Below are positions 51,982 to 61,956 of a stretch of DNA of 64,000 nucleotides, one piece after another. The position numbers were made by a program, and so were the translations under genes. Positions within the stretch are counted from its first letter, which is position 1, and each line of letters begins with the position of its first letter. The notes below the pieces were generated by a model that was not told the origin of the DNA, did no database searches, and was given only the letters and a program-made list of their open reading frames with translations. The stretch comes from Kiritimatiellia bacterium (GTDB lineage: Bacteria > Verrucomicrobiota > Kiritimatiellia > CAIQIC01 > Lenti-01). The DNA is taken from assembly GCA_050176815.1 (NCBI GenBank), contig JBFXHR010000003.1, positions 49,392 to 113,391 of the forward strand, written 5' to 3'.

Positions 51982-52431
51982 TTACGGCTCGACGAAGGCG
52001 ATGCCTGGATTTTCGCGGTCGGTGCGCTCGGTGGCGCGCAGGGCCGGATGGCGGCGGAGAAAGTCGCGGCCTTCGGGAGTGGACGGGGAATAGTGGTCGC
52101 CGAAGAGGAGACCGCGGATGCGGCGCCGTTCGAGCTGGGCGCGCAGCCAGGGGCGGGCCGCCGCGCGGATTTTGCCGCCGCCGCCGGTGGAGGAACCCCA
52201 GCCATGGATGACGCGGACGACGCCGACGCCGTCGGCGCGGGCGCGGTCGAGCTGGGCTTCGAGGCGGCGCAGGGCTTCCTCGACGGTGGGCAGGCCGGCT
52301 TCGATGTCCAGGTTCCGCACGGGCGGCCCGGCGGCGGGGCCGGCCGGATCGGGGCGCTGCGGGGTTTCGCAGAAGGGGCAGACCGTGGATTGCGGGGCGA
52401 TGGATTCGCCGCAGACGGCGCAGGTTTTCAC
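51982..52431 (-). CDS. Smr (small MutS-related) domain protein with N-terminal zinc ribbon
   Basis: CAVCGES...CPFC ribbon. Smr core (VRVIHGWGSSTGGGGKIRAAARPWL). GTG start overlaps the MATE stop (GTGA). Confidence 0.6.
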   Translation of the reverse strand: MKTCAVCGESIAPQSTVCPFCETPQRPDPAGPAAGPPVRNLDIEAGLPTVEEALRRLEAQLDRARADGVGVVRVIHGWGSSTGGGGKIRAAARPWLRAQLERRRIRGLLFGDHYSPSTPEGRDFLRRHPALRATERTDRENPGIAFVEP

Positions 52432-53831
52432 GGCGCCAAGGCTTCCGTTTCCATCCGCCGCAGCCGCCGCAGCTGGTGGCCGACGAGGAAAATCGAGATC
52501 AGGAAGGTGAGGACGTCGGAGGCGGGCGCGGCGGCGAAGATGCCCGGCAAGCCCCAGAACTTCGGGAAGACGATGAGGAAGGGAATGAACAGAATGATCT
52601 GGCGCGACAGGGCGAGCAGCGCGGCCGGCACGGGTTTGCCGATGGCCTGGAACAGGTGCCCGCCGACGATCGGGAACCCGATGACGGGGAAGGCGAGGCT
52701 GAAGACGCGCAGGGCGTAGGCGCCGAGCGGGATCAGGTCGGAGTCGGCCGGGGCGAACAGGCGCATGATCTGCGCCGGGAAGAGCTGGCTGACGGTCCAC
52801 CCGACGGCCATCAGCACGGTGGTCGCGGAGGCGGTGGTCCAGAACAGGCGGCGGACGCGGGCGTACTTCCGCGCGCCGTAGTTGTAGCCGATGAGCGGCT
52901 GGGCGCCCTGGACGATGCCGAAGACGGGCATGAAAATCATGCTCATGTAGGCGCTGAGGATGCCCATGACCGCGATGGCGGCGTCCCCGCCGTAGCGGCG
53001 CAGGCCGAGATTCAGGATCACGTTGAGCAGGCTGTTGGCGAGGTTCATGGCGAACGGCGCGAACCCGATGCCCAGCATGGGCCAGACGACGAGCCGGAAA
53101 TCGAGCGGCAAGTGGCGGCGGCGGAGGCGGCTGTTGGCCCGGGGCGAAAGGAAATAGGCGAGGCACCAGGCGAAGGACAGGCCCTGGGAAATCACCGTGG
53201 CCCAGGCGGCGCCGGCCATGCCCCAGCGGAAGACGAAGATGAAGAGCGGATCGAGGAGGACGTTGGCGACGGCGCCGACGATCATGGCGCCCATGGCGAT
53301 GCCGGGGCGCCCGTCGGAACGGATGAAATGCGACAGCCCGTGGCCGGTGCTGGCCATGGCGGCGCCGAAGAGGACGATGCGCGCGTAGGTGCGGGCATAG
53401 GGCAGCAGATCCGGGCCCGCGCCGATCAGGCGCAGCAGCGGATCGAGAAAGGCCAAGGCGGCCATCGAGGCCGCCAGCGGCACGAGAAACAGCAGGGAAA
53501 AGGCGTTGCCGAGGATGCGTTCGGCTTCTTCCTTGCGGCCTTCGCCCATGCGGATGGAAAACAGCGTGTTGGCGCCCACGCCGACCAGGATCGAGAAGGA
53601 GATGGTGACCAACATCAGGGGAAAGCTGATCGTGGCGCCGGCGATGCCCAGCGGCCCGATGCCGTAGCCGATGAACATGCGGTCGACGACGTTGTAGAGG
53701 GCGTTGACGAGCATGCCCACGATGGACGGCAGCGAAAAGCGCAAAAGGAGCGGCCCGATGGCGTCGGTGCCGATCGGGTCGGTGGAACTTTGCCGGAGGG
53801 GCGCGCTGTCGGGGACGGAATCCATGGCCAT
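52428..53831 (-). CDS. MATE family efflux transporter
   Basis: Twelve TM helices. Characteristic repeats (LLLRFSLPSIVGMLVNALYNVVDRMFIG and the second-half equivalent). Confidence 0.85.
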   Translation of the reverse strand: MAMDSVPDSAPLRQSSTDPIGTDAIGPLLLRFSLPSIVGMLVNALYNVVDRMFIGYGIGPLGIAGATISFPLMLVTISFSILVGVGANTLFSIRMGEGRKEEAERILGNAFSLLFLVPLAASMAALAFLDPLLRLIGAGPDLLPYARTYARIVLFGAAMASTGHGLSHFIRSDGRPGIAMGAMIVGAVANVLLDPLFIFVFRWGMAGAAWATVISQGLSFAWCLAYFLSPRANSRLRRRHLPLDFRLVVWPMLGIGFAPFAMNLANSLLNVILNLGLRRYGGDAAIAVMGILSAYMSMIFMPVFGIVQGAQPLIGYNYGARKYARVRRLFWTTASATTVLMAVGWTVSQLFPAQIMRLFAPADSDLIPLGAYALRVFSLAFPVIGFPIVGGHLFQAIGKPVPAALLALSRQIILFIPFLIVFPKFWGLPGIFAAAPASDVLTFLISIFLVGHQLRRLRRMETEALAP

Positions 53832-54061
53832 TCAGAAGTTGGGCGCGACTTTACCCCGCGGGACGCAGGAGGGCGAGGCGGATTTTGACGTGGGGCCGGC
53901 GACGGAGCCGGGTTCGGGGCGTTTCGCTCCGCGAACCGCTGTCCGGCGGCGCGGAGGGGGAAAATCCGCGGGAACCTGTTTTGCGGGATTGTCTTTCGCC
54001 CCGGGGTCTGCCACGCTGAAGGCGTAGGGACGGAGCGTCGGTCCGGAAAAAGGAGGGCGGG

Positions 54062-55177
54062 ATGAAGGCAAACGGATGGCGGATCGCGGTTGTGGCGGCG
54101 GGATTCGTGGCGGGGACGGCGCGGGGCCAGGAGGCGGTCATCACGTCGTTTGCCGGCAACGGGGTGCTTTCCTGGACCAACGTCGTGGACACCAATGCGC
54201 TGTACTACGTGGAGTGGGCGGGCTCCGCCACCGGAACGTGGCACCGGTCGTTCGACGGATTGGGCACCATTCTCGGGGGACGGAACAACTACTCGGCCAC
54301 GGTGCCAATGTTCTATCGCGTGGTTAAAACGACCGGCGCGGAGGCGCCGCGGGGGATGGCGTGGATTGATGCCGGGACGTTTTGGCAAGGGGAGGAGACC
54401 GTGTTCGGGGCGGCGCCGGAGCACAGCACTTTTGTCAGCGGGTTCTGGATGGACGAGATGGAGACGTCGAAGGCGAAATGGGACGAGGTGTACGCCTGGG
54501 CCACCAACCATGGCTATGCGTTCAACAATCCCGGTGCAGGCAAGGCGCGGAACCACCCGGTGCAAACGGTGGACTGGTACGACTGCGCGAAGTGGTGCAA
54601 CGCGCGCAGCCAGATGGAAAACCTGACGCCGTGCTACTACACGGCGTCCGGCAAGACGACCGTCTACGCGACGGGCTCGCTCGACATTTCCAACGAGTGC
54701 GTGCAGTGGTCGGCCAACGGCTACCGCCTGCCGACGGAAGCGGAGTGGGAAAAGGCCGCGCGCTTCGTCTGGACCGGCCAGCGGTTCCCCTGGAGCGATT
54801 CCACCATCCAGCATGCGCGGGCGAACTACACGGCCAGCCCCATCTATTACGACACGAGCCCGACCATGGGTCCCCATCCGGACTACGACGAGGGCGCGGT
54901 GCCCTATACCAGCCCTGTCGGCAGCTTTCCTGCAAACGGCTACGGCCTGCACGACATGGCCGGAAACGTGGCGGAATGGGTCTGGGACTGGTACGCCGAC
55001 TACACCGCGGACGCGCAGACGGATCCGCAAGGTCCATCGTCCGGCACGGGCCGCATCTATCGAGGGGGGAACTGCAACACGGGCGGGAGCTACCTGTTTT
55101 GCGCCGACCGCTACAACCTGTATTCGCCGTCTACGGAAGACTACCTGGTGGGCTTCCGTTGCGTCCGGCGGCCGTAG
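54062..55177 (+). CDS. Formylglycine-generating enzyme (SUMF1) family protein with N-terminal extra domain, secreted
   Basis: Signal peptide. Motifs RLPTEAEWEKAARF, GLHDMAGNVAEWVWDWY, YRGGNCNTGG...FRCVRRP. A ~90-aa N-terminal beta-rich extension is present. Confidence 0.75.
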   Translation: MKANGWRIAVVAAGFVAGTARGQEAVITSFAGNGVLSWTNVVDTNALYYVEWAGSATGTWHRSFDGLGTILGGRNNYSATVPMFYRVVKTTGAEAPRGMAWIDAGTFWQGEETVFGAAPEHSTFVSGFWMDEMETSKAKWDEVYAWATNHGYAFNNPGAGKARNHPVQTVDWYDCAKWCNARSQMENLTPCYYTASGKTTVYATGSLDISNECVQWSANGYRLPTEAEWEKAARFVWTGQRFPWSDSTIQHARANYTASPIYYDTSPTMGPHPDYDEGAVPYTSPVGSFPANGYGLHDMAGNVAEWVWDWYADYTADAQTDPQGPSSGTGRIYRGGNCNTGGSYLFCADRYNLYSPSTEDYLVGFRCVRRP

Positions 55178-55234
55178 GGGCGGCGGAATAATTCGGTTTG
55201 ATCGGTTCGCGCCGCCGGCGTCCGGCCGGCAACC

Positions 55235-57568
55235 TCAGCGTTGGACGGCCTGAATCGCCTTCAGCACCTTTTCGGGGGTGAAGGGGAATTCGTTGAGGCG
55301 GGCGCCGGTGGCGTTGTAGATGGCGTTGCCGAAGACGGGGGCGGGGCCGTTGATGCAGATTTCGGAAACGCTCTTGGCGCCGAAGGGTCCGGTGTCCTCG
55401 TAGGAGCGGCAGATGATCGTCTGCATGGGCGGCTTGTCGCGCATGGAGAAGATGTGGTAGTCGGCGAAGGAGGCGTTGGTCATGCGCCCGTTCTTGAACA
55501 GGTACTGTTCGGTGAGGGCGTAGGAAATGCCGTTGAGGGTGCCGCCTTCGGTCTGGCCTTCGCAGAGGGCCGGGTTGATGGGGGTGCCGCAGTCGATGGT
55601 GGAGACGTACTTGAGGATCTTGATGTTCCCCGTCCAGGTGTCGACTTCGATTTCGGCGAAGTGGGCGGCGAACGGCGGCGGGGATTTCTCGGTGATGTGC
55701 GACCCGGTGCCGATGATCTGGTACTGGTTCTGCTGGTAGAGAGAGTAGAGGGCGATGTCGCCGTAGCTGACCTTCTTGGATCCGTCCTGGCTCTGCACGT
55801 GGGAGTCCTTGCAGAGGACCTGGTCTTCGGGGAGCTGGAGCATCTCGGCGCCGGTGTGGAGGATCTGGCGCTTGGCGTCGGCGGCGGCCTTGCGGGCGGC
55901 CTCGCCGGAAAGATACGTGGTCGAGGACGCGTAGGCGCCGACGTCGAACGGGGTCATGTCGGTGTCCGACGAGTATACGATCATCTTGTCGGTGGTGGTG
56001 CACAGTTCTTCGGCGGCGATCTGGGCGAGGACGGTGTCCGAGCCGGTGCCGAGGTCGGTGGCGCCGACGAGGAGGTTGAAGGAGCCGTCGTCGTTGATCT
56101 TGATGGAGGCGCCGCCCATGTCGATGTGGGGGATGGAGGAGCCCTGCATGAGGGCGGCCATGCCGATGCCGCGGCGGTAGCGGCCGGTCTTCGTGCGCCA
56201 GTCGGTGCGGTTCTTCCAGCCGATGGCTTCGGCGCCCTTTTCGATGCATTCGCCGAGGGCGCAGGAGCCGATGGTCATGGGCAGGCCTTCCTTGCCTTCG
56301 CCGAGGGCTTGGAAGACGGGGGAGCCTTCGCCGGTGACGATGTGGTTCTTCTGGCGGAAGACGAGGGGATCCATGCCGATGGCTTCGGCCATCTTGTCGA
56401 CGGTGGATTCCATGGCGAAGAAGGCCTGGGTGGCGCCGAAACCGCGGTAAGCGCCGCCGACGGGCAGGTTGGTGTAGTAGACGAGGCCGAGGAAGTGGAT
56501 GTTGTCGCAGCGGTAGAGGGGCAGGACCTTGGAGCCGCAGCAGGAGACGACGGTGAGGCCGTGGCCGCCGTAGGCGCCGGTGTTGTTCCAGCAGTCCATG
56601 CCGATGGCGGTGATGGTGCCGTCCTTTTTGACGCCCGTGCGGATGCGGACGCGGATGGGATGGCGGGTGCGGCCGGTGCGGAAGTTCTCCTCGCGGGTGA
56701 ACTGCCAGAAGACGGGGCGCCCGGTGCGGAGGGCGAACATCGCGACGACGTCCTCGAGCAGCATTTCCTGCTTGGAGCCGAAGCCGCCGCCGATGCGGGG
56801 CTTGATGACGCGGATTTTCTGCACGGGGATGCCGAGGGTCAGGGCGACGATGCGGCGGCAGTGGAAGGGCACCTGCGTGGAGGTGGTGATGACGATGCGC
56901 CCGGAGGAATCGAGCTGGGCGAGGGAGGTGTAGGGCTCGATGGGGCAGTGCTGGGCGTAGGGGGTCTCGTAGAGGTCGTCGAAGGTGAAGTCGGCCTCCT
57001 TCAGGCCCTTCTCGAAGTCGCCGGCTTCGCAGCCGACCTTGGCGACGAGGTTTTTCTTGGGTTCGTAGGGGATCGGGATCGGGATGTAGGCCTCGGGTTC
57101 GTCGTGGATGACGGGGGCGCCTTCGGCCATGGCTTCGTCGATGGAAAACACGGGCTGGAGCAATTCGTATTCGACCTTGATCTTGGCGAGGGCGGCTTCG
57201 GCCTGTGCCTCGGTTTCGGCGCAGACGGCGGCGACGCGGTCGCCGACGTAGCGGACTTTCGTGTCGAACATGAAGGTGTCGTAGGGGGAGGGTTCGGGGA
57301 AGCCCTGGCCGGCGGTGCCGTGCACGTTGCGCGGGACGTTGCCGTGCCACAGGACGCCCTTCACGCCGGGCATTTTCTCGGCGGCGGAGACGTCGATGGA
57401 TTGGATGCGCGCGTGGGGATGCGGGCTCCAGAGCATCTTGACGACGAGCGCGTCGGCGGGGGCGAGATCGGCGACGTAGGAATTCTTGCCGAGGGCGAGC
57501 TGGCGGGCGTCCACCTTCGTGACGGAGTGGTTGACCTGCTTGAAGGTCTTGGCTTGTTCGAGGCTCAT
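55235..57568 (-). CDS. Xanthine dehydrogenase/aldehyde oxidase family molybdopterin-binding (large) subunit
   Basis: 777 aa. GGGFGSK Mo-cofactor motif. N-terminal a/b-hammerhead. Conserved C-terminal region (AHFAEIEVDTWTGNIKILKYVSTIDCGTPINPALCEGQTEGG). Confidence 0.88.
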   Translation of the reverse strand: MSLEQAKTFKQVNHSVTKVDARQLALGKNSYVADLAPADALVVKMLWSPHPHARIQSIDVSAAEKMPGVKGVLWHGNVPRNVHGTAGQGFPEPSPYDTFMFDTKVRYVGDRVAAVCAETEAQAEAALAKIKVEYELLQPVFSIDEAMAEGAPVIHDEPEAYIPIPIPYEPKKNLVAKVGCEAGDFEKGLKEADFTFDDLYETPYAQHCPIEPYTSLAQLDSSGRIVITTSTQVPFHCRRIVALTLGIPVQKIRVIKPRIGGGFGSKQEMLLEDVVAMFALRTGRPVFWQFTREENFRTGRTRHPIRVRIRTGVKKDGTITAIGMDCWNNTGAYGGHGLTVVSCCGSKVLPLYRCDNIHFLGLVYYTNLPVGGAYRGFGATQAFFAMESTVDKMAEAIGMDPLVFRQKNHIVTGEGSPVFQALGEGKEGLPMTIGSCALGECIEKGAEAIGWKNRTDWRTKTGRYRRGIGMAALMQGSSIPHIDMGGASIKINDDGSFNLLVGATDLGTGSDTVLAQIAAEELCTTTDKMIVYSSDTDMTPFDVGAYASSTTYLSGEAARKAAADAKRQILHTGAEMLQLPEDQVLCKDSHVQSQDGSKKVSYGDIALYSLYQQNQYQIIGTGSHITEKSPPPFAAHFAEIEVDTWTGNIKILKYVSTIDCGTPINPALCEGQTEGGTLNGISYALTEQYLFKNGRMTNASFADYHIFSMRDKPPMQTIICRSYEDTGPFGAKSVSEICINGPAPVFGNAIYNATGARLNEFPFTPEKVLKAIQAVQR

Positions 57569-57594
57569 GGGCGGTTCCTTTCGGGGGAGGGAAA

Positions 57595-58095
57595 TTACTT
57601 CTTGGCCTTCGCGGCGGTCCCGGCCGCCTTGCGGTCGAGGACGCGGCGGAGGGCGGCCCAGATTTTTTCGTAGCCGGTGCAGCGGCAGAGGTTGCCGTCC
57701 ATGTATTCGCGGACGATGTCGTCGTCGAAGACGGTCTCGGTTTCCATGAGGGCTTCGGCGCTCATGATCATGCCGGGGATGCAGTAGCCGCACTGGACGG
57801 CGCCGCCGTCGATGAGCTCCTGCTGGAACTCGCCGGGCTGGTCGAAGGTGCCGATGCTCTCGACGGTGCGGATCTCGCGGCCTTCGGCCTGCATGGCGTA
57901 GAGCAGGCAGGAATAGACGGCGCGGCCGTCCATCAGGACGGTGCAGGAGCCGCAGGTGCCCTGGCCGCAGCCGAACTTGGCGCCCTTGTAGCCCTCGCGG
58001 CGGAGCAGGGCGAGGAGCTTCTCGTCGGGCTCGGTGATGAAGGTCTTGCGTTCGCCGTTGATCGTGAACGAAACGGTGTTGGGATTCTTCTTCAT
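57595..58095 (-). CDS. (2Fe-2S)-binding small subunit of the molybdenum hydroxylase
   Basis: CGQGTCGSCTV (plant-type ferredoxin cluster) and CGYCIPG...CRCTGY (second cluster). Confidence 0.9.
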   Translation of the reverse strand: MKKNPNTVSFTINGERKTFITEPDEKLLALLRREGYKGAKFGCGQGTCGSCTVLMDGRAVYSCLLYAMQAEGREIRTVESIGTFDQPGEFQQELIDGGAVQCGYCIPGMIMSAEALMETETVFDDDIVREYMDGNLCRCTGYEKIWAALRRVLDRKAAGTAAKAKK

Positions 58096-58940
58096 TATTC
58101 GGCCCTCCCGCGGGCGAACGTGGCGGCCCGCTCCAGCGCGTCGTAGATCGATACTTCGGCGAGATGCCGGGAATATTCTGGGCTCATGCCCTCGCGTCCG
58201 CGCCAGGGGGCGTCGGCGCCGGCCTTGGCGGCGGCCTCCTTGAAGACTTCGGGGGTGGCCTCTTTCCAGGCCAGGGCCGCCTCGACTTCGGGGAGGCGGC
58301 GGGGGAAGGGGATGGCGCTGCCGGCGGCCACGCGCGCGGACTGGATGTTCTGGCCCGCAAGTTCGAGGACGACCGCGACGGTGACCATGCTGAAGGCGGC
58401 GGAGGTGCGGACGGCCTTGACGGATCCAAAGCCGTGGTGGGCCTTGAGGGAGGGCACCTTGACTTCCTTGAGGAGATCGCCCTGGAGGAAGCGCTTGGCG
58501 GGCTGGGTCTTGAAATAGACGTCGGCGGGGAATTCCTCGTCCTGGCCGGAATACACGACCATGCGGGCGTTCATCGCGAGCAGGACGACGGGGAGGTCGG
58601 CCCAGGGGAAGACGCGGCAGACGTTGCCGCCGAGGGTGGAGACGTTGCGGATCTGGTGGGTGGCGATGCGCCGGCAGATTTCGTGCATGGCCCAGCGCGG
58701 GGCGCGGTAGCGCTGGATGTCCGAGAGGGGGGTGGTGGCGCCGATGCGGTAGAAATCGCCGTCGGGGCGGATGTAGGAAAGGCCGAGGCGGGTGATGTCC
58801 ACGGCGGTGACGGGCGTATGGTCCTGCATGAAGTGGAGGGCGGTGCCGCCGGCGAGGGCCATGCCCTTGGCGCCGAGTTCGCGCAGGTTGTCGCGCGCGG
58901 CGGGCAGGCTGGCCGGGCGGATGAATTCGCACAATTTCAT
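58095..58940 (-). CDS. FAD-binding (medium) subunit of the molybdenum hydroxylase (CoxM/XdhB-like)
   Basis: MALAGGTAL...IRNVSTLGGNVC FAD-binding motifs. Lies within the long ORF 58095-62378. Stop and start share one base with the FeS gene (TAATG). Confidence 0.8.
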   Translation of the reverse strand: MKLCEFIRPASLPAARDNLRELGAKGMALAGGTALHFMQDHTPVTAVDITRLGLSYIRPDGDFYRIGATTPLSDIQRYRAPRWAMHEICRRIATHQIRNVSTLGGNVCRVFPWADLPVVLLAMNARMVVYSGQDEEFPADVYFKTQPAKRFLQGDLLKEVKVPSLKAHHGFGSVKAVRTSAAFSMVTVAVVLELAGQNIQSARVAAGSAIPFPRRLPEVEAALAWKEATPEVFKEAAAKAGADAPWRGREGMSPEYSRHLAEVSIYDALERAATFARGRAE

Positions 58941-59120
58941 GGATGGCTCCTTGGGATGGGTACTCGAACGACGCGGGGGAGTATAGGGGAGTTCTTGCGC
59001 GGCGGGGAAGTGAAAATTTGGCCGGCGCCCGGGTTTAGCGCTTGACCCGCCGGGGGCGGGCACGGGTGGATCGGGACGCGCAGGCTTTTCTTTCGAAGGT
59101 GCAGGGCATAGAATGTCCGC

Positions 59121-60071
59121 ATGAATCGGAAATGGACGGCGGGAATATTGGCGGTTGCCCTTTGGGGGTTGGCGGGCTGCGGGAAACCGCCGCCGGCGGC
59201 GCCGCAAGCCGCGGCGTCCGCGGCGCGGTTCGACGTGTCGGGAGAGGCGGCGCTGGAGAACGTGCGTCGATTCGTGGAGCTGGGGCCCCGCGATGCGGGG
59301 ACGCCCGGGGCGGAGAAGGCGGCGAATGATCTGCGGGAACGGCTGGAAGAGATCGGACTGGAGGCGGAAATCCAGGAGTTCCGGGAGGCGTCGCCGAAGG
59401 GCCCGGATACCGTCTTCCGAAACGTGCTGGGGCGGATTCCGGGAACCGGCGGAAAGATTCTCCTGTTCGGATCGCACTACGACACGAAGGTCGGCATTGA
59501 GAATTTCGAGGGGGCGAACGATTCGGGGTCCAGTACCGGGCTTCTGCTGGAACTGGCGCGCGGGTTCCGGGAAGCCGCGCCGCATCCGATGGAAATCCGG
59601 TTCGCGTTCTTCGACGGGGAGGAATGCATGGTGGAATACGGGCCGAACGACGGATTCCACGGCAGCCGGCATCTGGCGGAAACGATGGAAGCGGACGGGA
59701 GCCTGTCGAACGTCGCCGCCATGATCCTGCTGGACATGGTGGGGGACCGGGACCTGACGATCACGATTCCGCGCAACAGCACGCCGCGGCTGGCGTCGCT
59801 GGCGTTCGAAGCGGCCCGGGCGGAAGGCGCGCGAAAGCATTTCCAGCTCTATCCCTACGCGGTCGGCGACGACCACGTGGCGTTTTTCGAGCGCGGCGTG
59901 CCGGCGATCGACCTGATCGATTTCCACTTCGGAAGCGCGCCGGGCCAAAACGACTATTGGCACACGCCGGAAGACGCAATGGACAAGATCTCGGCGGAAA
60001 GCCTGGGCCTCGTGGGCCGGGTGGCGGCGCGGATGGCGGAAGCGATTCTGCGGGGCGCGGAAGAAAAATGA
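59121..60071 (+). CDS. M28 family zinc aminopeptidase, lipoprotein
   Basis: Lipobox LAGC. Metal ligands in HYDT, DSGSSTG, DGEE and H...DMVGD. Confidence 0.8.
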   Translation: MNRKWTAGILAVALWGLAGCGKPPPAAPQAAASAARFDVSGEAALENVRRFVELGPRDAGTPGAEKAANDLRERLEEIGLEAEIQEFREASPKGPDTVFRNVLGRIPGTGGKILLFGSHYDTKVGIENFEGANDSGSSTGLLLELARGFREAAPHPMEIRFAFFDGEECMVEYGPNDGFHGSRHLAETMEADGSLSNVAAMILLDMVGDRDLTITIPRNSTPRLASLAFEAARAEGARKHFQLYPYAVGDDHVAFFERGVPAIDLIDFHFGSAPGQNDYWHTPEDAMDKISAESLGLVGRVAARMAEAILRGAEEK

Positions 60072-60149
60072 GGCGGCCGCCGGATTTTGGCTCGACAGAA
60101 AACGGCCGCAAGGTCCAGCATTCTCCGGCGTAACGAGAAGGAGATCCCG

Positions 60150-61451
60150 ATGTTCAATCCCCAAGCCGAAGCGATGCCGGTTGGCGAACTGCGCAAATTG
60201 CAGGGCCAGCGGCTGCACGACCTCGCGAAGCGCGCCTACGACCACGTGCCGTTCTACCGGGCGCGGATGCAGGAAAAAGGCGTGAGGCCGGAAGACGTCC
60301 GGCGCATCGAGGACGTCGCCAAGCTGCCGTTCACCACGAAGACCGATTTCCGCGACCAGTATCCGTTCGGGATGTTCGCGGTGCCGCAGCGGGAGATCGT
60401 GCGCATTCACGCGAGTTCGGGGACGACGGGCAAGCCGACCGTGGTGGGCTATACGCGCAACGACGTCGAGAACTGGGCGGAGTGCGCGGCGCGGTCGCTG
60501 GCGTGCGGCGGGGCGACGGCGGACGACACGGTGCAGATCGCCTACGGCTACGGCCTGTTCACGGGCGGTCTGGGCATGCACTACGGGACGGAAAAGCTCG
60601 GGGCGGCGGCCCTGCCGATGTCCGCGGGCAATACCGAAAAGCAAATCATGCTGATGAAGGATTTCGGGGTGACGGTCCTGTGCTGCACGCCGAGCTACGC
60701 GCTGCAGATCGCGGAGGTGGCCGCGCAGATGGGCGTGGACCTGATGAAGCTGCCGCTGAAGTCGGGCAACTTCGGGGCCGAGCCGTGGACCGAGGCGATG
60801 CGCAAGCACATCGAGGAACTGCTGCCGCTGAAGGCGCTGGACATCTATGGCCTTTCCGAAGTGGCCGGCCCGGGCGTGGCGAACGAGTGCCTTGAGCAAA
60901 ACGGCCTGCACGTGTTCGAGGACCATTTCTATCCCGAAATCATTGACCCGGCCACGGGCGATCCGCTGCCCGACGGCCAGAAGGGCGAGCTGGTGTTCAC
61001 CTGCCTCACGAAGGAAGGCGTGCCGCTGATCCGCTACCGCACGCGCGACATCACGATGATCCTGGACGACGGCCCGTGCCCCTGCGGGCGCACCGGGCGG
61101 CGCATCCGGCGCCTGATGGGCCGCACCGACGACATGCTCATCATCCGCGGCATCAACGTGTTCCCGTCGCAGGTGGAGGACGTGCTGGTGCGGATCGAGG
61201 GCGTGCATCCGCAATACCTGATCATCGTGGACCGCCAGGGCAACCTCGACACCATGGAGATCAAGGTGGAGGTGACGGAAAAGCTGTTCAGCGACGAAGT
61301 GCGCGGTCTCGAAACGCTGCGCGACCTCATCCACCGCCAGATCAAGGCGATGCTGAACGTGAGCGCGAAGATCACGCTGGTGGAGCCGAAGACGATCGAG
61401 CGCACGCTGGGCAAGGCCAAGCGCGTGCAGGACCTGCGGAAACTGACCTAA
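60150..61451 (+). CDS. paaK: Phenylacetate-CoA ligase family (PaaK-like adenylate-forming enzyme)
   Basis: [18 protein letters not shown]-binding motif, YGLSE and IRGINVFP. Size (433 aa) is typical of PaaK. Confidence 0.85.
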   Translation: MFNPQAEAMPVGELRKLQGQRLHDLAKRAYDHVPFYRARMQEKGVRPEDVRRIEDVAKLPFTTKTDFRDQYPFGMFAVPQREIVRIHASSGTTGKPTVVGYTRNDVENWAECAARSLACGGATADDTVQIAYGYGLFTGGLGMHYGTEKLGAAALPMSAGNTEKQIMLMKDFGVTVLCCTPSYALQIAEVAAQMGVDLMKLPLKSGNFGAEPWTEAMRKHIEELLPLKALDIYGLSEVAGPGVANECLEQNGLHVFEDHFYPEIIDPATGDPLPDGQKGELVFTCLTKEGVPLIRYRTRDITMILDDGPCPCGRTGRRIRRLMGRTDDMLIIRGINVFPSQVEDVLVRIEGVHPQYLIIVDRQGNLDTMEIKVEVTEKLFSDEVRGLETLRDLIHRQIKAMLNVSAKITLVEPKTIERTLGKAKRVQDLRKLT

Positions 61452-61466
61452 CCAAGGAGCGAGCCC

Positions 61467-61898
61467 ATGAAAGTGCGTCAAATCTCGGTGTTTCTGGAAA
61501 ACCGGTCGGGCCGGCTGGCGAGCGTGCTGAAGGAAGTGGGCCGCGCCGGCGTCAACATCCGCGCGCTGTCGCTGGCGGACACCAGCGACTTCGGCATCCT
61601 GCGGCTGATCGTGGACGACGTGGACACGTGCGTGAAGGCGCTGCGGGACACGGGGCACACGGTGTCGACGACGGAAGTGCTGGCGGTGGAAGTGCCGGAC
61701 CATCCCGGCGGACTCGCCGGCATCCTGGACGTGCTGTCGCGGGCGAGCCTGAACGTGGAGTACATGTACGCGTTCGTGAGCCGGGCGACCGAAAAAGCCC
61801 TGGTCGTCTTCCGGTTCGAGAAGATCGACGCCGCCCTCGCCGCCCTGCAGAAAGCCGGCATTTCCATCGTCGCCGCGGAGACGGTGTATACGCTGTAG
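61467..61898 (+). CDS. ACT domain-containing protein (tandem ACT, PaaK-associated type)
   Basis: Two ACT-like repeats (ISVFLENRSGRLASVLKEV...NIRALSL and VLAVEVPDHPGGLAGILDVL...NVEYMY). Immediately downstream of paaK. Confidence 0.7.
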   Translation: MKVRQISVFLENRSGRLASVLKEVGRAGVNIRALSLADTSDFGILRLIVDDVDTCVKALRDTGHTVSTTEVLAVEVPDHPGGLAGILDVLSRASLNVEYMYAFVSRATEKALVVFRFEKIDAALAALQKAGISIVAAETVYTL

Positions 61899-61956
61899 AA
61901 TCCGGCGAACGGGCCAAGGGCGCTCCGTCTCCGCAAGGGGAGGGAGCGCTTTCGCC

